A DNA stretch of 64,000 nucleotides from an uncultured bacterium (GTDB taxonomy: Bacteria > Bacillota_I > Bacilli_A > RFN20 > CAG-826): assembly GCA_949292105.1 (NCBI GenBank), contig CASEYK010000028.1:5246-69245 (forward strand), read 5' to 3'. Position numbers and translations under genes: made by a program. Shown one piece after another: positions 8,613 to 17,032 of this stretch. Within the stretch, counting starts at the first letter, position 1; every line of letters starts with the position of its first letter. Under the pieces are notes generated by a model, which worked only from the letters and a program-made list of their open reading frames with translations, did no database searches and was not told where the DNA came from.

Positions 8613-10680
8613 CTATTACTTTGATTACAAAATTAAAAATGCATCAGACGGTAAAGAATTGTCGAAATATGACGACATCATGTTTTACATAGATCGTCTA
8701 TTTGACGACAATATTTCAAAATTTTGTTATCGTTTAGTGCTCTGCATTAGAAGAGAAATATCAGAACCAACAAACGGCGAACAATGTGTCGACACTATTT
8801 TTGGATGTGAGGATAATTTAAACGAAAAAAACTATGTATCTATTATCCATTTTAAACCCGGTGCATTGCCATCCAATCGCGATGATTTCAATTCTAATTA
8901 TTATTCTCTTTTTGAACATCCAAATAGTGACATTCACTATTTTTTCGAGCATTATACGAGGCTCAGTTCAAACAAAGATGACAATAAAGAGTGTTACTAC
9001 TTGAAATATGTTCTTGATATTCCTGAAGAAAATATTTCATCAATTGGAATGATTGGATTTTCTTCGTCGCTTCAAGAATGCCCTTCGCTGGCTAATACAT
9101 ATTTCTATGAAATTGAATTTTATCGGAAAAAACATATTTTTTATAGCATAGAGAAAAGTTCAAAAAAACTAAAAATTACAATCAAAAACATTCCTCAGGT
9201 TCCGAGTGATATCAAGTTTGTTGTTGCTGGTGATTCATCCCCCATTTATAAATTTGATAACAATATACTCGATGGATTTGAATTAGAGATGAAAGCTGGT
9301 TCTGCTTCTAGAACTATTGAAAAGGAATTCGAGTTGAGTGACGAACAGAGCAAATACAATCATTTTCGTCTTGCCATTAAAACTTATTCAAATGATGACG
9401 AAAATGAATATTTGAAAAATCTTCCATCAAAATTATTTCTTCTTTACCCTCTTCAAGCGCCCGATATAAAAGACAAAACTGATAAGGTAGAAAGAGAAAA
9501 TGTCGGGACTGAAAAGAAAATTTGTCCATTTTGTGCTCAAGAGTTGAATAAAGATGCTTTACAAAGTAAACATCTTCAATATTGTGATGGTGAATTAATA
9601 CCAGTTAAATTTCTTAACAAAAAAGGCAAAAAAATTAAAAAGGTTGTTGCTTGTAAACGATATAACAAATCTAATGGTAAATCTAATCCGACGGTGCCGA
9701 TGGTCATTCCACCTTTTTTGCTCAAAAAGAAAGCAAAAACGATAGTAATCGGTTTAAGCGGTGCTGCTAGCAGTGGTAAATCAGTTTTTCTTTCATCCCT
9801 CTTAAAACTTCAAAATGGCGTTAGCCACGATTTAACATATTTGAACGCCTATACGTCTTTTTATAAAAACAATTTTGAATTAGTTGATTTATTTTATGTC
9901 GAAAATAAAAAAGAAACTGGTCCGACCAACATCTGTGATTTAATGTCGCAACTCGTAAAAGAAACAACGAACAGCACTTCCTCGCGCCTTTACGACAATT
10001 TTAAAATGAATTATTTGAATAAGGGAGGCTTGTTTCAAAAGACCGGAGGAGACGACTTTTATCATCCATTTATTTTTAAATCAAATCATGCTTCATTTGT
10101 TATCAAGGATTTTGCTGGAGAAATTCTATTTGAGGAATCAGAAAATTATGACAATCCTTTGGACCCAAAATTGACCATTGATAATTCTGATGCCTATCTT
10201 GTTTTAATTAAGCCGAATCAAACTGTAGATGAATTTGGAAAAACTTTATCTAGAATTTTAAATAATCAAGATAATAAAAATAAGCCAATCGCCATTGTTT
10301 TGTCTAAATTTGATCTGTTCATTCAACAAAATCAAGATAAAATAGATCCTTCTTTGGCAGCCTTGGTAGATGATACATACTCTCTAATGAATCTTCGCTC
10401 TTATTCTGGCTCTTTGTTAGAAAAAAATGTCGAACGCGCTTCAGAAGAAATTAAAGCTATAATCAAAGATACAATCAAGTCTTTCCCCTTCGAAGCCACA
10501 GAAGGATTTACAAATGTAAAATATTTTGCCATTTCTTCTTTAGGAGGAGATTATCGTTCTTGTCCTGAAAATTTAACAAACGCAGGCGATAGTAATAATA
10601 TATTAGGAATTTATCTTTCTCCATATCGCATCGAGCTCCCAATCCTTTGGATATTACAACAAACTGGAATTATCATGTAG
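8605..10680 (+). CDS. Zn-ribbon + P-loop NTPase (GTPase-like G1/G3/G4 motifs) protein.
   Basis: Sequence CPFCAQELNK...HLQYCDG is a CxxC...C ribbon. GLSGAASSGKSVFLSSLL is Walker A / G1. DFAG is G3. SKFD is a G4-like motif. The start was moved to the ATG at 8605, which follows an AAGGAG RBS. The ORF track begins at a TTG at 8578. Confidence 0.5.
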   Translation: MYNYYFDYKIKNASDGKELSKYDDIMFYIDRLFDDNISKFCYRLVLCIRREISEPTNGEQCVDTIFGCEDNLNEKNYVSIIHFKPGALPSNRDDFNSNYYSLFEHPNSDIHYFFEHYTRLSSNKDDNKECYYLKYVLDIPEENISSIGMIGFSSSLQECPSLANTYFYEIEFYRKKHIFYSIEKSSKKLKITIKNIPQVPSDIKFVVAGDSSPIYKFDNNILDGFELEMKAGSASRTIEKEFELSDEQSKYNHFRLAIKTYSNDDENEYLKNLPSKLFLLYPLQAPDIKDKTDKVERENVGTEKKICPFCAQELNKDALQSKHLQYCDGELIPVKFLNKKGKKIKKVVACKRYNKSNGKSNPTVPMVIPPFLLKKKAKTIVIGLSGAASSGKSVFLSSLLKLQNGVSHDLTYLNAYTSFYKNNFELVDLFYVENKKETGPTNICDLMSQLVKETTNSTSSRLYDNFKMNYLNKGGLFQKTGGDDFYHPFIFKSNHASFVIKDFAGEILFEESENYDNPLDPKLTIDNSDAYLVLIKPNQTVDEFGKTLSRILNNQDNKNKPIAIVLSKFDLFIQQNQDKIDPSLAALVDDTYSLMNLRSYSGSLLEKNVERASEEIKAIIKDTIKSFPFEATEGFTNVKYFAISSLGGDYRSCPENLTNAGDSNNILGIYLSPYRIELPILWILQQTGIIM

Positions 10681-10692
10681 GAGGAACTGAAA

Positions 10693-12882
10693 ATGGAAGA
10701 AAAAACAAACTGGAGTTTTATCAAGCTAGATGCTCAAAAAGATGTGCACATCGCTTTGACGAGTGGTATTTTTCTCGGAAATAACTCTGCATATTACAAA
10801 GATTTAAGCGCGTCAGGCTTTTTGAATATTCAAAGCAGCTTTTTATGCGAACAATTTTTTAGTTATCGGCCAATTGTGATCAATAATACGCTTACCTATT
10901 CTTTTATCTATGGATTTAAGGCCCACGCGACAACCAATCGAAGCACAAATGCCTTTTCATATATTGCATGTTCATCAAATACTTTCAATGCAAATCCAGC
11001 ATTGTTTATTGATAATTCATTTTGTTCAAGCCTTTTTGAAGAATTTAAAACGCTAAATAATGTTGATGCTCTAAACGAGAGTATTAACACAAAATTTGCC
11101 GATAAACCGAAACAATATCATATTAATGAAGAGCTTTGCTCTATCGTTATTGATATAGTCGACAAAATGGTTAAACACGATTTTAAGAAAACTATTTTGC
11201 TCAAAAATTTTGATACTGCTACTATTGGTCTCATCATTCAAGGCGTTTTTTATCTTCTTCCCAAGGATATTGCAAAAGAGCTCTCGTATGTTACCTCCGC
11301 TAGCGGACAAGAAGTTTTAAAGTTTGCTATCGCGGGTCAAACTGATCAATCTAGTCTTGATTCTTCGCGGTTCATCGAATTTCCATCAAAAAATATCAAT
11401 ATCGAAACTTCATATGGAAAGTTTTTGCTAGATAACAAATCTCGAATCGATGATATTGCAACAAAAATTCAGCAAAAACTCGAAAGCCCTATCTTCAATG
11501 ATTTGATAGCTAACAAAAAATATTCCGACGCAGCAATGCTAACTCCTATTTTTATTGGCGAAAAAGATAATTACTTCAATTTGAAATTCGATTTGCAACA
11601 AGTAATTTTAACGAGTTGTGCCAATAATTTAACTGCAGGCATTGCAAAAGAAGCAGTGGAGAAACTACTAAGCGCTTCAATTGATGACAAAAATAGTCAA
11701 CAAAAGGCCGCCCAACAAAGTATCATAAATTTAAGCAAACAATGTGATTTTATATCTTTGATAAATAATGACGACTTAAAGAAATTCGCTGAAAAAATTA
11801 TAGGCGGCAAAGCCACAATCAACTTTGAAAAGATTAATAACCACTTATTAGAATATTATCGCGTGATGTTTGATTGTGTTTTAACTCTTGGTGATGACGA
11901 ACAAAAAGCTAAATTTGTTAATAAATTATCAAACAACTATATTGAGGCAGCATTTGTTAGACAATATCTTACTGATTTGCTTGAATGCGATGATAGCCGA
12001 CAACTTATCAAATACTTATTATTAGAAAACGACTTTATTGAAACTTATTTCAAAGATCGTTCTTCAAACCTAACAAATAACCAATCAAACTTTTCGAAAG
12101 CAGTTGAGGTTAATGTTGTCAACCCAAATAACATCGAATCAAATTTGAAGATATTATTATCAATCGAAAATAATGCATCGGTTAAAAAATTAAGTGAGAG
12201 AAAAAATAGTTTAAATTTTTTGGCTGCCCACTGTTTTAATTATTCTATTGAAGAAATTCTAGGAAACAAAGAGTTAATTATTCACTCAAACTATTTGTAT
12301 AGGCAAGCTTACGCTGCGATGGCTAAAATTATTGGTAGCGATGACAAAGAAACTGAAAAAACTATCAAGAAAAATCTAGACGAAATTCTAAAATTTTGTA
12401 ACCACATTAATGAGTTAGAAGTTGGTGATAACGGCCTTGATACTTTTTCCATTGATAAAATTAAGAAAATGTCAGAATTCGCTGAAAAAGAAAAGAAATC
12501 ATTTTTAATCTTAACCGATGAAAACGATGGTTTTTTAACTAGATTTAACCAGTTTGATAACTATGTGAAAAATATTCCAGCAACAAAAGCTGAAACAAAT
12601 TTCTTTAAAACAACATCCGCGACATCATATTCCCTTATCATTTGTTTTGTCTTAATTGATTTGTTGCTCTCCATCCCGATTTTTTATATGGACAAAGTCA
12701 TATTCCTGTATTCGCTGCTCTCCATCCCTCTTACAATTATTGTCTCGCTTGTCATTCAATTTTTATTTGAAAAAACGCTTAAAAAAATCATGATGAAATA
12801 CATCTCGCTCGGGGCATTATTCAGTTCGATTATTCCTCTAGTTTTAATCAACATATGTTTATTCGTTCTAATGTTTATCTAG
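10693..12882 (+). CDS. Large hypothetical protein with four C-terminal transmembrane helices.
   Basis: ORF of 729 aa preceded by a GGAGG RBS. The last roughly 110 aa are strongly hydrophobic segments. Confidence 0.5.
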   Translation: MEEKTNWSFIKLDAQKDVHIALTSGIFLGNNSAYYKDLSASGFLNIQSSFLCEQFFSYRPIVINNTLTYSFIYGFKAHATTNRSTNAFSYIACSSNTFNANPALFIDNSFCSSLFEEFKTLNNVDALNESINTKFADKPKQYHINEELCSIVIDIVDKMVKHDFKKTILLKNFDTATIGLIIQGVFYLLPKDIAKELSYVTSASGQEVLKFAIAGQTDQSSLDSSRFIEFPSKNINIETSYGKFLLDNKSRIDDIATKIQQKLESPIFNDLIANKKYSDAAMLTPIFIGEKDNYFNLKFDLQQVILTSCANNLTAGIAKEAVEKLLSASIDDKNSQQKAAQQSIINLSKQCDFISLINNDDLKKFAEKIIGGKATINFEKINNHLLEYYRVMFDCVLTLGDDEQKAKFVNKLSNNYIEAAFVRQYLTDLLECDDSRQLIKYLLLENDFIETYFKDRSSNLTNNQSNFSKAVEVNVVNPNNIESNLKILLSIENNASVKKLSERKNSLNFLAAHCFNYSIEEILGNKELIIHSNYLYRQAYAAMAKIIGSDDKETEKTIKKNLDEILKFCNHINELEVGDNGLDTFSIDKIKKMSEFAEKEKKSFLILTDENDGFLTRFNQFDNYVKNIPATKAETNFFKTTSATSYSLIICFVLIDLLLSIPIFYMDKVIFLYSLLSIPLTIIVSLVIQFLFEKTLKKIMMKYISLGALFSSIIPLVLINICLFVLMFI

Positions 12883-12898
12883 TAAGGAGGATGTAGCA

Positions 12899-13882
12899 AT
12901 GGCACAGAAACAAAAAAGAAGTTTAAAACCATCACAAATCGAAAAAAACATTGTTGTTATTACCTCCCTTCTAGGAGCGATATTTCTTTCTTTTGGAATT
13001 TATCTTGTCACCGAACGAAAAATAAACAATGAGTTAAAAGAGTTTGATGATTTCACTTCATCGACAAAATACATATATTCAGTCAAGGATTTGAATGGCA
13101 TCAAATCCAAAAACATGAATGATACTTATATTTTGATGGAAGACTTAACTATTGAAAATGGTCTTTCCACATATAGTGCCAATTCATCATTAACAGGTAC
13201 TTTCGATGGCAATGGCCACACCATAACTTTTAACTGTATGCCTAAAAACCCGTTATTTTATCGAATTGATAAAAATGGCACTGTTAAAAATCTCGGACTA
13301 AAATTTAATATTTCCTTTACGCCTGAAACCAAAAACTTTGCCGGCATTTGTGAGATTAATGAAGGGACAATTATGGACTCATTCGCTTATTATGAATCGC
13401 TCGGAGTTTTGGATAACAATTATATCGGCGGATTAGTTTGTTATAATCAAGGCATTATTGAAAGATGTGTCTCTTCTGTTTCTTTTCAAGAAAATTCAAA
13501 CTACATTTCGTCATATCGCATCGGCGGTATTGCTGGAGTTAATCGGGATGGTGGCAAAATAACAAAATCTTTTTCGGTGGTTTCTTCTTATTATCTCGAC
13601 AATTTAAATTTTGAAAACCATTCGGAAGAATTCATTCCTTACATCGGTTCAATTGTTGGCTATCAATCTAGCAACTCTACATTGTTGAATGTTTACACAA
13701 ATACTAACGATGCTCCTTTCAGCGATAGGAATGAAGTTATTCAGTACGACCTCACTTATTTATTGACGTCCGATTTTCTATTTTCAACTAAAACTGTCAA
13801 TTTTTCTTCAACTAAATGGCATATTGTTGAAGGAGAATTACCCCAGTTGAATGAACAAATTAAAAGCGAGGGTATTTTATGA
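12899..13882 (+). CDS. Membrane-anchored GLUG-motif protein.
   Basis: N-terminal TM helix. TGTFDGNGHTITFN box followed by IGGLVCYNQGIIERC and IGGIAGVNRDGGKITKSF, which match the GLUG repeat pattern. An AGGAGG RBS precedes it. Confidence 0.5.
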   Translation: MAQKQKRSLKPSQIEKNIVVITSLLGAIFLSFGIYLVTERKINNELKEFDDFTSSTKYIYSVKDLNGIKSKNMNDTYILMEDLTIENGLSTYSANSSLTGTFDGNGHTITFNCMPKNPLFYRIDKNGTVKNLGLKFNISFTPETKNFAGICEINEGTIMDSFAYYESLGVLDNNYIGGLVCYNQGIIERCVSSVSFQENSNYISSYRIGGIAGVNRDGGKITKSFSVVSSYYLDNLNFENHSEEFIPYIGSIVGYQSSNSTLLNVYTNTNDAPFSDRNEVIQYDLTYLLTSDFLFSTKTVNFSSTKWHIVEGELPQLNEQIKSEGIL

Positions 13883-16800
13883 AAACCATTTATAAAATTG
13901 TTGCGACTTTATTAATTCTTTGTATTTCGGCGATTGCCGTCATTCCATTGACTTTGTATTTCTTAGATGACAACGAGATTGAAGAAATTGTTGTTGACGA
14001 TGATGTAATGGAAGTCAGGCCATCTAGAACTTATACAATTTTGCCACAAGCTTTAGATGAAAAAGGTTCGCTCTCGTCTAATTACGAATTTGAATTTTCT
14101 TCTTCCAATCCAAATATATTGACTTTTGAATCCGAAAATAGTGGTACATTTACAGTCTCGAGCAAAGCAAGCGTTGGTAGCGAATGTGAAATTGACATTT
14201 CTGTTCAAAATGTGAGCAAAACAATAGAAGTAAAAGTTGTCGAATCACAAAACTATTTTCTTGATATCGATTTGAGCAATAATGGCGAAAATATTTCTAG
14301 CCAAGATTTGTTTTTTGGAAATGAATACAAACTTAATTTTACTATTTATCCCAACTTAGTTTCTTTACTTGATTGTCAAATATCTGTTTTAGATAGTGAA
14401 ATGAATATCATAAATAATTTGATTGAAATAACAAAAGACAGTAGCAATTACTATTTAAAAATGGTAGGCGCTGGAACTGGTTTTATTAAAATTCAATACA
14501 ATGGCGATTTCTTTTTAATTCCATTTATTTCAAGTTTTAAAGAGAAGGTTCTTAATGACGCATTAAATATTACAAATCAAAACTATACAAGAAACGATAT
14601 CAATAGTTTGACAACCATATTGATTGATATGGATATATCAAGTATTGATTTGCAAGAGTTAAGCTCATTTTCTTCACTTGAATATATTACTGTTGTTAAC
14701 GACAAAGTTATCGATTTTAAAAACTATAACAGTTCAAATTTTGATATTGTTGTGCGAACACATAGTGGCAGTTTGCAAATTTACGATTTATACGAAAAAA
14801 GTGAGATAGATAATAAACTTTTAAGTCGAATATATCCAGCATCTCCTATCACTTTTAATTTAACGGTTGTCTATTACTACACAAATCCGAACACGAGTAT
14901 TCTTGAATATGAAGTGATGTATTATAAGCAAGATGGAACAGAACAACTTTTGGATATGCCCAGTTGTTTTTCTGGCCAACTATATGAGACAGTACCAAAC
15001 AATGAGTATTGGTACTATACATCAAATTATTCTGAACAAGTTGAAGGTATTGACACAATTCAACAACCGCGCGTTAAATTGTTCGGCAAATTCATAGGAT
15101 CTCAATTTAATTTATCTTTTATTGTAGGAAATGAGGTATTTAAAGAAATGACAATTTCTCACAACGATTTAATTACAGCCGAAGATTTAGAAGAACTCAA
15201 TAGAAATAACATTGAAGAATTTTATTTCAAAAACAACGGATACTATTCTAGATTTTATGATTGGGTTAATAAAGAAGGAGATGTGGTTGATATAAATCGA
15301 GAAATAGCAAATATTTCTTCTGATACTGAAGGCTCGGAAGTATCTTATTACGCGAGGATGAAAAGAGAATTTGAAGTTCAAACATTAGTAAGTGAAGAAG
15401 CCTATTACACTGAAGATTCAAAAAGAGAATTCATTGTTTGCTATAAGGAAACTTTTACAGGCTTAAACGATGTTAAGGTTTCGAGAGACAATATTGCTTT
15501 GGAAGGATGGTATTTTAATAATTCAATTAAAATTACGCCAGACTCTATTTTCGATTTTGATGTCGATTACAATCAGACGATTATATTAGAAGCCAAGTGG
15601 TTTGGAGCATTCAGTTATATTTACGAATTTACCGCCTATGTGTTAGACGACATTTCTGAAGCAACTTTAGACTTATCTAATTATACTGATTCAAATCACA
15701 CTCATTATGAACTGTTAGTCAAAGACAATATTCAATCTCTCAATATCATCGGCAGCAGTAATGGAACATATGTGAATACAAATATTGTTATTGCCGAGCG
15801 CCAGTCGGATTTGGAATTAACGCTAGAAAATGTCAACATATTAAATAATTTAGATGTTATGACAATTGATGCGACACAAGTCAAAGATCATTACATTTAT
15901 TTGAATATAATTGGGGAAAATAATTTTGTTTCATCTGGCCGAAGTTTTGGTTCGGATAAATTTATGGTCAACATCCCTAATTTATTTGTCAGTGGCAGCG
16001 ATGCAATTATCTCTTTTACATCGACATCCCCATATGGAGAAAATGGAATGTTGGTGGATAATTTGACTTTAACTCATGCTAGCATGAGCGTTATCGGCTC
16101 TTCAAATATTTCATATACTGAAGGGCAAAAAAATGGTGGCATTGGTCTTAAAGCGAATAATGAAATAAAAATGTTAGATGGCGCAAAATTAGAAGTAAGA
16201 GGCGGCGATGGTGCAGATGGGAAAGATTATGGAAACATCACTGCTCAAGCCGGCGCTAACGATACTGCTTCTGGCGCTAATGGTAGCAATGGTGAATCAG
16301 GAATAAATGGTGAAAATGGTGGTAATGGTGGCGACGCAATAGTTGCTAATAGTTTACATATTGAGAATAAATCAACTCTTATCGCTCAAGCCGGCAATGG
16401 TGGCAATGGCGGCGATGGTGCTAGTGGTGGTCGCGGAGGAAATGGAGCGAAAGGATCAACCGCTAGCAAAGGTGGTGACGGCGGAAATGGTGGCAATGGC
16501 GGCAATGGTGGCGATGCTGGTAACGCTGGCTTCTCATTAAATACCAACATTTTGAAAGCTATTGATAATGGAGCTCGCATTGATTTATATGAACCAACGC
16601 CTGGAAAAGGTGGTAATGGTGGTAACGGCGGCAACGGTGGTAACGGCGGCGATGGCGGCGATAAAAAAACATTTATAGGTATTCCCTATGGTGACAGAGG
16701 TGTAAAAGGTATTGGTGGTAACGGTGGCGATGGCGGTGATGCTGGCCAAAACGGACAATATAAATTAGCTATTACCATCAATGATTACGAGTCTTCATCT

Positions 16801-16998
16801 TCAAGTATAGGCATACCAATTTATGTTCATAAAACAAGTACTGTTTCATTAACTGCTTCTGGTGGTTCGTATGGTCTTATGGGGAATAATGGTTCAGAAG
16901 GTAAAACACAATCAATAACTGGTGTTTCTGGCAGTTCTGGCGATTCATTCATTGCCATTTACGATTTAGAGTATCCACTTTATTGTGTTATGATGTAA
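13879..16998 (+). CDS. Large surface protein. It has an N-terminal signal/anchor, a Big_2-like Ig domain, and a C-terminal Gly/Asn/Asp-rich low-complexity tail built from GGNGG repeats.
   Basis: Hydrophobic N-terminus. A TYTILPQA...GSECEIDISVQNVSKTIEVKVV segment looks like a Big_2 domain. Residues about 770-960 are GGNGGNGGDGG-type repeats. The start overlaps the upstream stop (ATGA). Confidence 0.55.
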   Translation: MKTIYKIVATLLILCISAIAVIPLTLYFLDDNEIEEIVVDDDVMEVRPSRTYTILPQALDEKGSLSSNYEFEFSSSNPNILTFESENSGTFTVSSKASVGSECEIDISVQNVSKTIEVKVVESQNYFLDIDLSNNGENISSQDLFFGNEYKLNFTIYPNLVSLLDCQISVLDSEMNIINNLIEITKDSSNYYLKMVGAGTGFIKIQYNGDFFLIPFISSFKEKVLNDALNITNQNYTRNDINSLTTILIDMDISSIDLQELSSFSSLEYITVVNDKVIDFKNYNSSNFDIVVRTHSGSLQIYDLYEKSEIDNKLLSRIYPASPITFNLTVVYYYTNPNTSILEYEVMYYKQDGTEQLLDMPSCFSGQLYETVPNNEYWYYTSNYSEQVEGIDTIQQPRVKLFGKFIGSQFNLSFIVGNEVFKEMTISHNDLITAEDLEELNRNNIEEFYFKNNGYYSRFYDWVNKEGDVVDINREIANISSDTEGSEVSYYARMKREFEVQTLVSEEAYYTEDSKREFIVCYKETFTGLNDVKVSRDNIALEGWYFNNSIKITPDSIFDFDVDYNQTIILEAKWFGAFSYIYEFTAYVLDDISEATLDLSNYTDSNHTHYELLVKDNIQSLNIIGSSNGTYVNTNIVIAERQSDLELTLENVNILNNLDVMTIDATQVKDHYIYLNIIGENNFVSSGRSFGSDKFMVNIPNLFVSGSDAIISFTSTSPYGENGMLVDNLTLTHASMSVIGSSNISYTEGQKNGGIGLKANNEIKMLDGAKLEVRGGDGADGKDYGNITAQAGANDTASGANGSNGESGINGENGGNGGDAIVANSLHIENKSTLIAQAGNGGNGGDGASGGRGGNGAKGSTASKGGDGGNGGNGGNGGDAGNAGFSLNTNILKAIDNGARIDLYEPTPGKGGNGGNGGNGGNGGDGGDKKTFIGIPYGDRGVKGIGGNGGDGGDAGQNGQYKLAITINDYESSSSSIGIPIYVHKTSTVSLTASGGSYGLMGNNGSEGKTQSITGVSGSSGDSFIAIYDLEYPLYCVMM
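16195..16765 (+). repeat. Degenerate tandem 15-nt repeats (ggt ggc aat ggc ggc, and variants) encoding the GGNGG tail.
   Basis: Visible by eye. The antisense PPLPPLPP ORF at 16386-16634 is the mirror image of this repeat. Confidence 0.7.
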
Positions 16999-17032
16999 AA
17001 CAATATAAATAAAATTTGGCGAGGTGTTTTCA

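Noticed and set aside
16386-16634. Minus-strand ORF encoding a PPLPPLPP proline-rich peptide.
   Set aside because: It is the reverse-complement reading of the GGNGG-encoding tandem repeat inside the 1039-aa surface-protein gene. It is an antisense artefact.
16195-16765. Short tandem repeats that could be mistaken for a CRISPR array.
   Set aside because: The units are 15 nt, degenerate and lie within a coding region. There are no unique spacers. This is not CRISPR.
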